A DNA stretch of 64,000 bases from a virus, in the IMG/VR virus record IMGVR_UViG_3300046798_000124, positions 10,168 to 74,167 of that record; one strand, 5' to 3'. The position numbers and the translations under genes are program-made. This document shows positions 1 through 9,721 of the stretch, piece by piece. The first letter of the stretch is position 1; each line of letters begins with the position of its first letter. The notes under the pieces are model-generated. The model had not been told where the DNA came from and searched no databases. It saw nothing but the letters and a program-made list of their open reading frames with translations.

Positions 1-1
1 G

Positions 2-175
2 CCCCTGCTGGAGCCCGATCACGTCATCCAGTTGTTCCCACTCGAGGTTGTGCTGATCGACGTTGACGATCGGGAAGAGATCGGGACCGAACGGCACCCG
101 CTGCGCCGCCAACCGTGGCCCAAGCACCTGGGCGATCTGCTGGAGGTGCATAATCGAGGGGTAGATAAATGCCAT
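2..175 (-). CDS. major capsid protein, 5' part (runs off window start)
   Basis: Manual translation from ATG at 175 (AAAGG RBS upstream): MAFIYPSIMHLQQIAQVLGPRLAAQRVPFGPDLFPIVNVDQHNLEWEQLDDVIGLQQG. It directly follows the decoration gene, as lambda E follows D. Confidence 0.7.
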   Translation of the reverse strand, partial: MAFIYPSIMHLQQIAQVLGPRLAAQRVPFGPDLFPIVNVDQHNLEWEQLDDVIGLQQG

Positions 176-190
176 CTCACATCGCCTTTC

Positions 191-628
191 TTAGACGCCT
201 GGGAAGGCGATGATGCCGGCCGCGAGGTTGCCACTGATGTAGTGGGCGCCCATCACGGTCACGGCGTTGGCGTCCAGTCCGACCAGGTCACCGGTCTTGA
301 AGATCCCCGAGTAGAAGGCATCGACGGAGCGGGTCTTCTCGCCAGGATGCTCGCTTGTGCCGGCCGGTCCCCCGCCGAGGGTGGCGAACCCCAACGCGTC
401 GGTGACGCAGTCGTAGCGGAGGACACACTTCGGCACCTGGGACCCGTCGGCGTTGCCCGAGGCGTACGCCTTGTAGGTGCCAGGGGTAGCGGTCAACTCC
501 CCGAGGATCGTGCCCTTCAGGAAGGTGGTATTGGCGATCAGGTTGACGGCCTGTTCGGCGGCTTCGCTGTTCTCGAGGAACGGGTCGAGCCGACCCATGC
601 CCCAGGTCTGAATCGGGGTCGTTGGCAT
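191..628 (-). CDS. head decoration protein (lambda gpD-like)
   Basis: 145 aa; KGTILGE...YKAYASGNADGSQVPKCVL pattern; lies between protease and capsid genes. Confidence 0.75.
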   Translation of the reverse strand: MPTTPIQTWGMGRLDPFLENSEAAEQAVNLIANTTFLKGTILGELTATPGTYKAYASGNADGSQVPKCVLRYDCVTDALGFATLGGGPAGTSEHPGEKTRSVDAFYSGIFKTGDLVGLDANAVTVMGAHYISGNLAAGIIAFPGV

Positions 629-638
629 AATCGGCTCC

Positions 639-2267
639 TTACCGGTTCACACTGGCGATGCCGGCCAGCACCGTGCGACCAGTGGCGGTCTGCTGGAGGT
701 AGGCCGCGATCTGGGCCTCATCGGCCACGGCATTCGGATCGACCTTCGGCGTCTGCCGCTCGGCCATCACGAACTTGGTCACCCCGTCGAACATGTCGGC
801 GGTCAACTCGCGCCGGCCCTCTCGGGCCGCCAGCAGGTTCTCCAGGTGCGCGACGCGGGTCGTGGTCTTGCCCTGGCCCAGCTGGACTGGCCCGTGCGTC
901 TCGTCGTCGGAGGCCAACAGGCAGTAGAGCGCCATCAGATGCGGTCGCTCGGGCGCCAGTGACTTCATCTCATCCTCGCGCTCGCGGCAGAACGCCTCGG
1001 CGCGGATCTGGATCTGCTGGAACCGCAGGCGGGTGTTCTCGGCCTCGGCGGCGACCAGGCGCTGACGGAGGGTGGCATCACCCGTCAGGTCGGCCGGCGG
1101 TGGCGACGTGGGGACGATGTGGGCGGGAGTGGCAGTCGTGGTGCCCGTACCGTTCGTGGCGGACGCGTTCAGGCTCATGATCTGGGCCTCCTGATCAGCC
1201 GAGGCCGGCGCCTCGGCGGCGGCGACAAGCTGCCGCAGGCCATCCAGCAAATTGCCCATGGGGGCTCCTCCAACAGACGCGGCAGCCGGCGCCGGCACAG
1301 ACCTCGGACGGTCCGGCAGGACATCCAGCAACTCGTCGTCATCGGGCGTCGGGGCGGGTCCGGCCGGACCCTTCCTCCGCGTGTCCTTGCCCTCGGTCCT
1401 CCCGAGATCGGCGAGGACCTCCTCAAATGACCCCAGGCGGTCAGCCATACCGCTTGCGACGGCATCAGCCCCGACCTTGAGGCCTCCAGCGCCAAACTCC
1501 TCGAGGACGGTCTCGCGAGAAACGACTCGATTGGCAGCGACGTCGTCCACGAACAGATCGCCCAGCACGTCGACCAGGGCTTGCAGCTGGGCCGCCCCGG
1601 CCTTGCTCTTCGGGTCTGGCCGCTTCTGAGGTGAGGCCGAGGAGACGAACTCGACGTAGCCCTCACGCTCCTGGCCATCCGGGACGGCCATCACCACGCC
1701 AATCGACCCGACCGCCGCCGTCTTGTTGACGACGACCTCGGCAGCAGCCGACGCCAGCCAGTAGGCGGCACTGGCAGCCAGATCGCCGACGTAGGCCGTG
1801 ATCGACTTGGCGGATCTGCCGTCGCGGATGATCGACGCAAGCTCGGAGATCCCGGCCGCTTCGCCACCCGGGCTGTCGACGTCGAGCACGATCGACGTAA
1901 AGCTGTCGTCCTCGAGGGCTCGGGTGAAGTCCTTCGCCAGGAGCTCGACCGACGTCATCGGCCCACCCGAGAGCGAGGACATCAGGTTGCCCCGGCGGAT
2001 GATCGGCCCGGTGATCGGCAGGATCGCGGTCTGTCCCCGGCGATAGAGCGCCGCCGACCCATTAACCAGGACCGAGGTCTGCTGGTGGACGGCGTACCGA
2101 TTCCAGCGCGCAGCCTGGGCTGCCTCCTGGACACTCGGGTCAAAGTGGAAGGCTCGAGCGAGCATCTCCGGGCTGGTCTCATGCCGCTCGACGTACCGCA
2201 AGACAGCGGAGAGGACCTCGGGGCGGACAGCCCAGGCAGAGGCGTACAACTCGGCAAGGAGCGTCAT
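639..2267 (-). CDS. capsid maturation protease (S49/SppA-like) with C-terminal scaffold
   Basis: LDVDSPGG, AASAAYWLAS and VGSIGVV motifs, then a Pro/Ala linker and coiled-coil C-terminus. Confidence 0.9.
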   Translation of the reverse strand: MTLLAELYASAWAVRPEVLSAVLRYVERHETSPEMLARAFHFDPSVQEAAQAARWNRYAVHQQTSVLVNGSAALYRRGQTAILPITGPIIRRGNLMSSLSGGPMTSVELLAKDFTRALEDDSFTSIVLDVDSPGGEAAGISELASIIRDGRSAKSITAYVGDLAASAAYWLASAAAEVVVNKTAAVGSIGVVMAVPDGQEREGYVEFVSSASPQKRPDPKSKAGAAQLQALVDVLGDLFVDDVAANRVVSRETVLEEFGAGGLKVGADAVASGMADRLGSFEEVLADLGRTEGKDTRRKGPAGPAPTPDDDELLDVLPDRPRSVPAPAAASVGGAPMGNLLDGLRQLVAAAEAPASADQEAQIMSLNASATNGTGTTTATPAHIVPTSPPPADLTGDATLRQRLVAAEAENTRLRFQQIQIRAEAFCREREDEMKSLAPERPHLMALYCLLASDDETHGPVQLGQGKTTTRVAHLENLLAAREGRRELTADMFDGVTKFVMAERQTPKVDPNAVADEAQIAAYLQQTATGRTVLAGIASVNR

Positions 2268-3838
2268 GGTTGGTCCCTCCGTGGAGGCCTGGGTGCCGGC
2301 TGCCGGCCGCGGCCGCCGCGCTGGGCCGGCCCGGAGGGCGCACCCGGATCCGGTTCACCGGTGTCGGCCCCGCCGTTGCCCATCTCGCCGCCGTCGGGGG
2401 CCGACGGTTCACCGGGAGCCGGCGAGGCCGGCGGCTGCAAGAGGTTCGGTTGGCTCCAGTCACGGACCGGCAGACCCAGCTGGGCATCGAGGTCGGTGAG
2501 TTGGCTCGAATGCAGGTACGAGGCGCGCATCAGGGCGGCGACCGCCGACATCAGCGCCGGCACGTCCTGGTGTTCGGTCGTCCCCAGCGTGGGGATCGGC
2601 ACCAGCGTCTCCGCAGCCACCTCACCCCAGTTGCGTCGGACCCACGGCAGCAGGATCTGGTTCGAGACCATCTCGAGGACCGACTGCTTGCCCTGACGGA
2701 CGATGGTGTCGAGGACGTCCTGGTGGACCGAGGCTGCCGACCGGGCCTGGTGCTCACCTTCCTCGGTCGCCAGCTGCTGGGTCAGGATCGCCTTGATGAT
2801 CTGGGAGGAGTACATCCCGAGGGCGGTCTTGAAGGCCTGGCCGTCGCCCGTCAATTCGATCGGGTGGACGTCGGTCCCGTACGGCAGCGCCAGGGCGTAG
2901 CCGTTGCGCAGACCGAGCAGCGAGGCCAGCAGGTTCTCCTGCGGCGTCGGGAGGTCGGCTGCCACCGTCTCGTCGTCGTCAGGCGGCGACGACCCAAACG
3001 GATCGGTCTCAGGCACCGACTCGGCGTACTCGGGCGTGGTCGCCCAGACCGACGGCGAGGCGAACTGGCTGAGGTAGCGCAGGTACTCCGGGCTGACCTG
3101 GCGCTTCTTCCACCACGGGTCATAGGCCGGTCGCAACAGCGACGTGCCCCGGGGGTCGCAGTCCTCCGGCCGGTTCGTCAGAATGCAGAACTTGTCCGGC
3201 GGGATGATCCGAGCCGTCTCCGGATTGAGCAGCGCCCCGCTCGTCAGGACCGGATCGCCGGGTGCGGCTCCGAGCAGGCCGACCAGGTTCATATAGGGAT
3301 CGACCACGAACGCGACCTGCGTCCCCGGCTTCGGCTTGATCGAGGTCAGCATCAGCAGCCGCTCGGAGCCGTGGGTCTGCCACTCGGAGACCTGTTCGGC
3401 GACCTTGTTGCCGTAGGCCAGGGCGTCGAGCAGGTTCCACAGCACCGAGTTGATCGGTAGGGTCATCCGCTCGAACATCTGCTGGGCCAGGTCGCGGACC
3501 TTGACGGCGCGCTTGTAGGCTGGCTTCTTCTGGTCGTCGATCGCGGGAGCTAACTGGAGGCCGTCTTCGAGGATCGAGGCCTTCAGGATGTTGATCGCCG
3601 CGTTGACGTCCGGGTCGCGGAGCATCTGGACGTAGACATCGGCCCCGAAGTCGGCCGTCAGATCGTCAATCGGATGCGGCAGCGCGACCGGCTTCGTCGC
3701 TCCATAGCCCGAGGGCGGGCCACCACCCGAGACGAACTCCTTCCGGAGACGACGCGTCTCGGCACGCGTCAGGGCGGGGCCTGACGGCTGGATGACGCGG
3801 AGTGGGGGCTGACCTGGGGGTCTCGGCGAGACGGCCAC
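2264..3838 (-). CDS. portal protein (DUF935/Mu gp29-like)
   Basis: 524 aa; MLRDPDVNAA, LLDALAYGNKVAE, PRGTSLLRPAY, IIKAILTQQL motifs; position between terminase and protease. Confidence 0.85.
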   Translation of the reverse strand: MAVSPRPPGQPPLRVIQPSGPALTRAETRRLRKEFVSGGGPPSGYGATKPVALPHPIDDLTADFGADVYVQMLRDPDVNAAINILKASILEDGLQLAPAIDDQKKPAYKRAVKVRDLAQQMFERMTLPINSVLWNLLDALAYGNKVAEQVSEWQTHGSERLLMLTSIKPKPGTQVAFVVDPYMNLVGLLGAAPGDPVLTSGALLNPETARIIPPDKFCILTNRPEDCDPRGTSLLRPAYDPWWKKRQVSPEYLRYLSQFASPSVWATTPEYAESVPETDPFGSSPPDDDETVAADLPTPQENLLASLLGLRNGYALALPYGTDVHPIELTGDGQAFKTALGMYSSQIIKAILTQQLATEEGEHQARSAASVHQDVLDTIVRQGKQSVLEMVSNQILLPWVRRNWGEVAAETLVPIPTLGTTEHQDVPALMSAVAALMRASYLHSSQLTDLDAQLGLPVRDWSQPNLLQPPASPAPGEPSAPDGGEMGNGGADTGEPDPGAPSGPAQRGGRGRQPAPRPPRRDQP

Positions 3839-3952
3839 TGAACGGAGGTCCTCGTCTGTGAGGACCTGGCGCCCATCTCAGGTCAGTGGCGGCCCTGAAT
3901 GTCCGCCCAGCATGTCACGTTTCGGGAAGAGTACCACGCAACCTCTAACCGG

Positions 3953-4192
3953 TCAACAGGATTTCACCGGTGTCCAGGTCCATTTGCCGTCACACCCAGG
4001 CTCGAGGCAGTACAGCGTCACGAGACGCGTCACGGTACACGTCACGAGGTAGAGACGGGACCCGTCAGTCTCACCCATGACGCGTCGACACCCGTCACGG
4101 GGACACCGGACCTCGGCCCGCTCAGCCGTTGGGACGCGTACCGACGACGGTACGACGTGCATGGTCCCCTCGTTGCCGTCGCTCAAGCTCAT
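3953..4192 (-). CDS. small zinc-ribbon protein (possibly Mu Com-like)
   Basis: C-terminal part of ORF 3953..4780: EVRCPRDGC...LYCLEPGC; immediately upstream of portal; start uncertain. Confidence 0.45.
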   Translation of the reverse strand: MSLSDGNEGTMHVVPSSVRVPTAERAEVRCPRDGCRRVMGETDGSRLYLVTCTVTRLVTLYCLEPGCDGKWTWTPVKSC

Positions 4193-4439
4193 GCTCGGGG
4201 CAGGCCACATCTCCCCCCAAGCTCGCCGCGATCCACCGCCTCGACCACCAGACGGACCAGCTCCGAGATCGCCCGAGCGAACTCCGGCGGCATCTGGCCC
4301 TGGCCGTAGGCCCCGTGGATCGTCACCTCGACCGACTCGACGTGGCAGGCGCACACACAGGCACCACCACGCGGCAAGGGACAGGAATCCCGCACGTCGT
4401 TCCAACAGCACGCCTCGTCGTAGCCCGTCGTGTCCTGGC

Positions 4440-4784
4440 TCATGCCAACCCTCCCGGACCACGGGCGGCGCGCCGCCGGCGCTGGCGTTCTCGCTGCGCC
4501 GCAGCGGCCCCCTCGCGGCACTTCGTGGCCAGGGCTCCGGCGACGCGTCCCGTCCTCGGCGAGAACCGCTCGGCGGGCTCCCAGGCGCGGTGGTAGCTGC
4601 ACCAGTGCTCGCCCTGCTCGCAATGCTCCAGGTACACCTGGAGCGGGATCCCGAGGAGGGTCGCCCCGTGCCGCATCCGAGCGAGGTGCGTCTGGGGTGG
4701 CGTCGTCCACAAGGGGGGTCCCTCGACTTCCGCCCAGCGCAGCGTCTCGAGCCCGTCGCGCTCGAGGTAGTCGTACTCACTCAT
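4440..4784 (-). CDS. hypothetical protein
   Basis: 114 aa ORF with start/stop overlaps to neighbours. Confidence 0.55.
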   Translation of the reverse strand: MSEYDYLERDGLETLRWAEVEGPPLWTTPPQTHLARMRHGATLLGIPLQVYLEHCEQGEHWCSYHRAWEPAERFSPRTGRVAGALATKCREGAAAAQRERQRRRRAARGPGGLA

Positions 4785-4970
4785 GGCCTCCCCTCCCCCT
4801 GAACCCGCTCACCACGCTCGGCCGGCGACCAGGCCAGCACGGATTCCAGCAGGCCGTCACAGAGCCGTCCAACCTCAAGCAGCATGTCGCAGTGGTGGAG
4901 CCCGTCACGGTCGACCATCGCTGTCGGCCGGCGGCCATGCACCGAGCACCAGTATTCGAGCACCAGCATC

Positions 4971-5306
4971 TCAGACCTCCACTGGGACCAGGGTCGTGTA
5001 CCGCTCGGCCGAGTCAATCGGGTCGGCGTCCGAGCAGAGGAGCACCAGCTCCCAGACCGGCTCACCCCGCAGCCGGCAGAGCCGCCAGTCCCGAGCGATC
5101 ACCCGCAGCCGGGTCGTCTGAAAGGCCGGGTGGACGCAGAGCCCCGGCGGGATCTCCAGCAAGTCGCCACGATGGAACGCGTTGGCGTCGACCCCGGAGA
5201 TCTCAAACTGCGGCACCAGGAACGGTGCGTCGTCGCCCGTGCGCTGGCGCAAGGCCATCGGTCCGAGCAGGCACCCGCCGGCGATCACCCTGGTCAGCAT
5301 GGCCAA
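4971..5306 (-). CDS. hypothetical protein
   Basis: 111 aa ORF directly downstream of terminase. Confidence 0.55.
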   Translation of the reverse strand: MAMLTRVIAGGCLLGPMALRQRTGDDAPFLVPQFEISGVDANAFHRGDLLEIPPGLCVHPAFQTTRLRVIARDWRLCRLRGEPVWELVLLCSDADPIDSAERYTTLVPVEV

Positions 5307-5309
5307 CTC

Positions 5310-7283
5310 CTAGATGACGTACTCGCGGCGACCGCCTCGACGGAGCGGACGGTCGGGATTCCCATAGGACCGGCGAATATCCGCGCCGGCGGCACGCTCG
5401 ATGACCGCGCGCACCTGCGCGCGACGACTCGGACCGGCCGGCTGTGCGGGTCGACTGCCGTACCCGGCCGCCGGCTGCACGAGATCGCTGCGGTTACCAC
5501 CGACCGCCGCCGCGAACGTCGCCCCCGACGACGGCAGGGTCTCACGAGCGACCATGTCGTACACGCACGCATGCATCAAATGGTCTGGGCCGGAGTGCAG
5601 CCAGACCGAGACCGGCTGCCCTCGGGTGTCGGGCATCGTCGTCCGCGTCGGGCTCTGGAGATGGGCCTGGAACTCGGGGTCATTGACGACATCAGCCGGC
5701 GCCGGCTGGGCGATCTTGACGATCATGGCGCGGACCCGGTCGAGCGCCATCGTCCGATTGATCGTGATCACGTCAACCTTGAGGCGTTCCAGCAGCCGGC
5801 GGTTCCGCAGCTTCTTCAGATCGAGGCCGTCCATATGCCACAGCTGCCCTTTGAGGGCGCTCGGCCCGGGGTAGAAGGCGCGCAGCACGCGCCCTGGCCA
5901 GCGGGCGGCGAACTCCTTTGCCGAGTCAAGGTCCGGCTGGGCATCCACGATGCAGCGGCGAATCCTGAAGGTCCGCATCAAGCCATCGAGGTCGGCCCAC
6001 TCATCGACACTGCCCACCGCCAGGATGTAGCGCCGACCGTCGGCGGCGTTGGTGGCCGAGGTAACCCAGTGCTTCTTGAAGCCGACGTCAACACCAAGGG
6101 TCGGGTCCGTCCATCGCCCCTTCGGCAGTTGCCCGTTCTCGAGCGGGGATGCCAGCTGGAGGATCTGCTCGAGGGTGACCTTGCTGCCGGCCACGGTGTA
6201 CGGCAGGCCCAGGTCCGACTGGAAAAACTGCTGGCGCTCGAACGGGTCGGGGTTCACAGCAGCTGCGGCCAGTCGCAGCAAATCGACAGAAGGAAAGGCC
6301 ATCGGCGGCACCCAGTACCCCCGCAGGCCCTGGACCTCGGGCGCCTGCGAGACCCAGCGGCCCTCAGAGATCCGCTCCTCGTCGGTGACGAGGTCGCCGC
6401 ACTCCGGGCAGTGCAGGGTGACACGGTGGCGCCGGATCTCCTCGGAGGGCCACTCGCCCCAGGCATCATGACCCTGGCCACGGACCCGCACGTCGCGGAG
6501 GAAGTCGTACAGCACCCAGGCGCCGCATCGGTGACGCTGCTCGTAGCGGTGCTGATCGGAGTCGAGGAACATCCGGTGAATCCCAAAGCCGGGCACCGAG
6601 GGTGTCGAGATGTCGATCTCGCGGCGCACCATCGAGGCGTTCAGGCGGCGTCGCGCCAGCGCGACAGCCGAGCCGGCCATCTCATCGAACTCGTCCAGAA
6701 TCAGGACGTCGGCCGGGAAGCTCTTGAGCGCCGAGGTCGACCAGCCGCCACGCAGATAGAGGAAGCTCTCGCGGACCTGTTTGAAGGTCACGGCATTGAA
6801 GGCGTCGTCGCCGCCGCCGAACAACTGCGAGAGATAGGGACTTTCTCTCGCCAGTGAGGAGAGACGCTCCTTCGAGAAGTCCCCGAGGGCCTCTTTCTTG
6901 GGGAAAATATAGGCGACGTTCAGACCATCCTTGTCGTCGTCGGTCCAGACGGTCGCGCCCCGATCCAGGGCAAAGCCGGTGACGTTGATAGCGTACTCGG
7001 AGACGCCCCGCTGGGCCGGCTTGATGATCGCGATGTGCTGGTGCGGGTCAGCGTAGATCTGTTTAAGCGGGCGGTGGCGCTCTAAGCTGAACGCTCTACC
7101 CTCCAGCTTACGGTGGAGGATCGCCCACTCCAGGGCATTGGTCGGGCCGGTGGCTGCGTGCTTCGCGAACTCGCGCACGACAGACGGCGCCTGCGCTCGG
7201 GCCGCCTCGGCCTGGCCCTGCAACTGCCGTGAGAGGGACGAGAGGAGTGAGCCTCGGAGACGTGACCCGGATGGACTGGACAT
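5310..7283 (-). CDS. terminase large subunit (lambda GpA-type)
   Basis: KPAQRGVSE Walker A-like, LILDEFD Walker B, ISTP, CPECG Zn motif, and LGVDVG nuclease-domain start. Confidence 0.9.
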   Translation of the reverse strand: MSSPSGSRLRGSLLSSLSRQLQGQAEAARAQAPSVVREFAKHAATGPTNALEWAILHRKLEGRAFSLERHRPLKQIYADPHQHIAIIKPAQRGVSEYAINVTGFALDRGATVWTDDDKDGLNVAYIFPKKEALGDFSKERLSSLARESPYLSQLFGGGDDAFNAVTFKQVRESFLYLRGGWSTSALKSFPADVLILDEFDEMAGSAVALARRRLNASMVRREIDISTPSVPGFGIHRMFLDSDQHRYEQRHRCGAWVLYDFLRDVRVRGQGHDAWGEWPSEEIRRHRVTLHCPECGDLVTDEERISEGRWVSQAPEVQGLRGYWVPPMAFPSVDLLRLAAAAVNPDPFERQQFFQSDLGLPYTVAGSKVTLEQILQLASPLENGQLPKGRWTDPTLGVDVGFKKHWVTSATNAADGRRYILAVGSVDEWADLDGLMRTFRIRRCIVDAQPDLDSAKEFAARWPGRVLRAFYPGPSALKGQLWHMDGLDLKKLRNRRLLERLKVDVITINRTMALDRVRAMIVKIAQPAPADVVNDPEFQAHLQSPTRTTMPDTRGQPVSVWLHSGPDHLMHACVYDMVARETLPSSGATFAAAVGGNRSDLVQPAAGYGSRPAQPAGPSRRAQVRAVIERAAGADIRRSYGNPDRPLRRGGRREYVI

Positions 7284-7303
7284 GCCCCCTCCTCCGGGAG
7301 TGT

Positions 7304-8032
7304 CTACCGACGCTTGCGCGACCGCGCGGCGAGCGGGACGGCGTCGATCTGGACCAGCTGCTCAAGATCGGCGCCGATGGCCGATAACGTGTCAGGGTCG
7401 GTGACGTGGCGCCGCAACACATCGAGGACGGTTCCGAGCAGACCCAGCGCCTCATCCACCGTCAACGTCGCCTGGAGCTTCTCCAGGCGCTTGGCCTCCT
7501 GGTCCGCGAGTCTGGCTCTCCGATCCAGTTGCAGACCCAACTCTTCCCACGCCGCGTGATCAGCGAGACCCTGCTCGAGGGGCTCGGCCAGAAGCTCCAG
7601 CGCCTCCTGCATCTTGACGACGTTGCCAGCCGCACGATGGCGACGGAACTCACGCCAGAGTCGACCCAGCTGCTTCCAGGCAGCACCGGACTCACCACTC
7701 GTGACGCGCTCCAGGAGGCCGTTAATCCGCTCAGTAATCAGGGTGACATCGGCCTGGAGGCTGAGCAGCTCAGGGTCATCGTGGGTGGCCATGAACCGCT
7801 CACCGAGTGGCGCCGGCAGGTATTTGCTGTAGCGGCCATGTCGGTAGCCCGGCGCCTGTGAGCCCCTGAGGTTACGACCCCCATGGTGGTAGCAGCGTGT
7901 ACGCCCAATCATCGGCGGCAAGGGACAGAAGCGGCCGAACCGGTTCAGTGAGTTGCACTTCCCCTCAACCTGCTCGAGGTTGCCCGTTACGGGGATCGGG
8001 GTGCCCCTTGGGACGCCAACGGCTCTGCTCAT
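7304..8032 (-). CDS. HGGxSTG-domain protein, putative terminase small subunit
   Basis: C...C...RCYHHGG motif and YRHGRYSKYLP; immediately upstream of TerL. Confidence 0.65.
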   Translation of the reverse strand: MSRAVGVPRGTPIPVTGNLEQVEGKCNSLNRFGRFCPLPPMIGRTRCYHHGGRNLRGSQAPGYRHGRYSKYLPAPLGERFMATHDDPELLSLQADVTLITERINGLLERVTSGESGAAWKQLGRLWREFRRHRAAGNVVKMQEALELLAEPLEQGLADHAAWEELGLQLDRRARLADQEAKRLEKLQATLTVDEALGLLGTVLDVLRRHVTDPDTLSAIGADLEQLVQIDAVPLAARSRKRR

Positions 8033-8047
8033 AGGCCTATCCAGCGC

Positions 8048-9721
8048 TCATGTTCGCGATCCAAAAATCGAGCCGGCCTGTTTGAACCATGGCTCACGGG
8101 AGGGTGACACCGAACGCCCTCCACCATAAGACGCGTAGCGCGGCTTCCGCTTGAGCGGGAACGGCCGCGTTGCCCAGGCCACGAAGTCGGTCGGTACGAC
8201 GGCACAGACACAGGTCCACCCGAGCGGCATCCCCATCAGCCACTCGACGAACAGCGCCGAGAGTTGCGGGCGCAAGATCCGGCCGCCGAGCGAGGATGGC
8301 AGCCCAGCCGCCTCGGTCGTCGGGTCGGGGTGGCCAGGCAGGAAGCCGCCCGTCATCGACCGGGTGACCTGTTCCGTCAGCGGGCGACTGTTCCTGTGGG
8401 CGACCTCCTCCGAGGCCTCGCCCGACCGGAAGTCCGACTGCCTCGGCGTCATCCACTGGTGACGGACCTGATTCGGCAGCTGCTGCCCTCGGGTCTCGTT
8501 CCCCTTGCGCCGCTCCTGAGAGTCCTCCGAATTCGGCATCCGGTAGTCGCGCGCTGCCGGCGTCGCCCAGTCCTTCGTCATCCCCGTCAGGGAGTCCTGC
8601 GCCCCCGGATGGTTGCCGGCCGACTCCGCGTCCTCGGCCCGACTGGTCGGCCAGAGCCGGATCGCGTCCGTCAGCGTCGTCCCCGGATGCATGCGGCCAG
8701 TGGTTGTCGTATGTCGGCCAGCGGAGGCTGCCTCCTTGGTGTTGGCCGTCGGCCAGTTCGCCTGCGCCTCCTGCGACTCCTGGGCCACGATCGAGAGCGG
8801 CACCCCCGCCCCGTTGCCGTTGTAGCCCTTCTCCTTTAAGAGTGCCTGTCGCTTCCGCCAGGTCTCCGGCCCCTCGCCGTCGTTCGCCACCGACGCGTTC
8901 GGGGTCGGCCAGGTCGTCCTGGTCACTTCCTGGGCCTGACCGTACAGGAGCGGCTCGTCGGAACGCTCCCCACCACGGTAGGCGTTCCTGCCCCCCGACT
9001 TCTGGGTCTGCCCATTCTGATTGGCTTCCCAGATCCGCCGGTCCTGCGGCGTCAATTCCGTCTCGTCGTGGTACTCGCGCGGCAGGATCCCCTGGCTCAA
9101 CTCGGCCATCTGACCCAGTGAGGGCTCCGACCAGTGGCAGTCTACCGTCAACGAGCCCTGGCTCGCCCGATCCGCCGCCACCCGCGGCGTCGACCAGGGC
9201 TCGGTCCCAGGCGAGGCACCACCAGCGGTTTCGGCCATGGGGAGCGCCAACATCGCTCGCTCGGAGACAGCCCCATTCCGCATCGAACCCGCTTTCGGAA
9301 AGGCCCCCGAGAACAACGTCGAGTCCTCGTCCGGTGAGCTGGGCAACGTTCTCCAGGTAGACGTAGCGGGGTCGAACCTCGCGAAGGACGCGGAGGACCT
9401 CGAACCAGAGGCCGGAGCGCTCACCGTAGATGCCGGCGCCACGTCCGGCCAGGGAGATGTCCTGGCAGGGGAAGCCGGCAACGACAAGATCCACGACGCC
9501 ACGCCACGCTCGGCCGTCGAAGGTTTCGAGATCGTCCCAGATAGGGAAATGAGGTAGGGTGCCGTCAGACATGCGCGCCGCGAGAACGGCCACAGCAGGG
9601 GCTTCGTTCTCAACCGCAGCGACAGTTCGGTACCCGGGGAGAGCGCGTCCGACGCCGAGTCCAAGCCCGCCGATGCCGGCGCAGAGCTCAAGACCGTTGA
9701 GGGGACGTAGACCCACCCCAT
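8048..9721 (-). CDS. overlapping alternative-frame polypeptide (beta) of the C5 MTase, with WxTP repeats and a motif IX-like segment
   Basis: 557 aa open frame; ATG coupled (TGATG) to the upstream stop with a GGAGG RBS; six W-x-T-[PAS] repeats; LSALFVEWLMGMPLGWT near the C-terminus. Confidence 0.7.
   Translation of the reverse strand: MGWVYVPSTVLSSAPASAGLDSASDALSPGTELSLRLRTKPLLWPFSRRACLTAPYLISLSGTISKPSTAERGVASWILSLPASPARTSPWPDVAPASTVSAPASGSRSSASFARFDPATSTWRTLPSSPDEDSTLFSGAFPKAGSMRNGAVSERAMLALPMAETAGGASPGTEPWSTPRVAADRASQGSLTVDCHWSEPSLGQMAELSQGILPREYHDETELTPQDRRIWEANQNGQTQKSGGRNAYRGGERSDEPLLYGQAQEVTRTTWPTPNASVANDGEGPETWRKRQALLKEKGYNGNGAGVPLSIVAQESQEAQANWPTANTKEAASAGRHTTTTGRMHPGTTLTDAIRLWPTSRAEDAESAGNHPGAQDSLTGMTKDWATPAARDYRMPNSEDSQERRKGNETRGQQLPNQVRHQWMTPRQSDFRSGEASEEVAHRNSRPLTEQVTRSMTGGFLPGHPDPTTEAAGLPSSLGGRILRPQLSALFVEWLMGMPLGWTCVCAVVPTDFVAWATRPFPLKRKPRYASYGGGRSVSPSREPWFKQAGSIFGSRT
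8094..9716 (-). CDS. C5-cytosine DNA methyltransferase, catalytic (alpha) frame
   Basis: Motif I ELCAGIGG, IV GFPCQ, VI LENV, VIII PHGRNRWW and X LRGLGNA. Motif IX is not seen in this frame. Start probably GTG at 9716 or 9728. Confidence 0.85.
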   Translation of the reverse strand: MGLRPLNGLELCAGIGGLGLGVGRALPGYRTVAAVENEAPAVAVLAARMSDGTLPHFPIWDDLETFDGRAWRGVVDLVVAGFPCQDISLAGRGAGIYGERSGLWFEVLRVLREVRPRYVYLENVAQLTGRGLDVVLGGLSESGFDAEWGCLRASDVGAPHGRNRWWCLAWDRALVDAAGGGGSGEPGLVDGRLPLVGALTGSDGRVEPGDPAARVPRRDGIDAAGPADLGSQSEWADPEVGGQERLPWWGAFRRAAPVRSGPGSDQDDLADPERVGGERRRGAGDLAEATGTLKGEGLQRQRGGGAALDRGPGVAGGAGELADGQHQGGSLRWPTYDNHWPHASGDDADGRDPALADQSGRGRGVGRQPSGGAGLPDGDDEGLGDAGSARLPDAEFGGLSGAAQGERDPRAAAAESGPSPVDDAEAVGLPVGRGLGGGRPQEQSPADGTGHPVDDGRLPAWPPRPDDRGGWAAILARRPDLAPATLGAVRRVADGDAARVDLCLCRRTDRLRGLGNAAVPAQAEAALRVLWWRAFGVTLP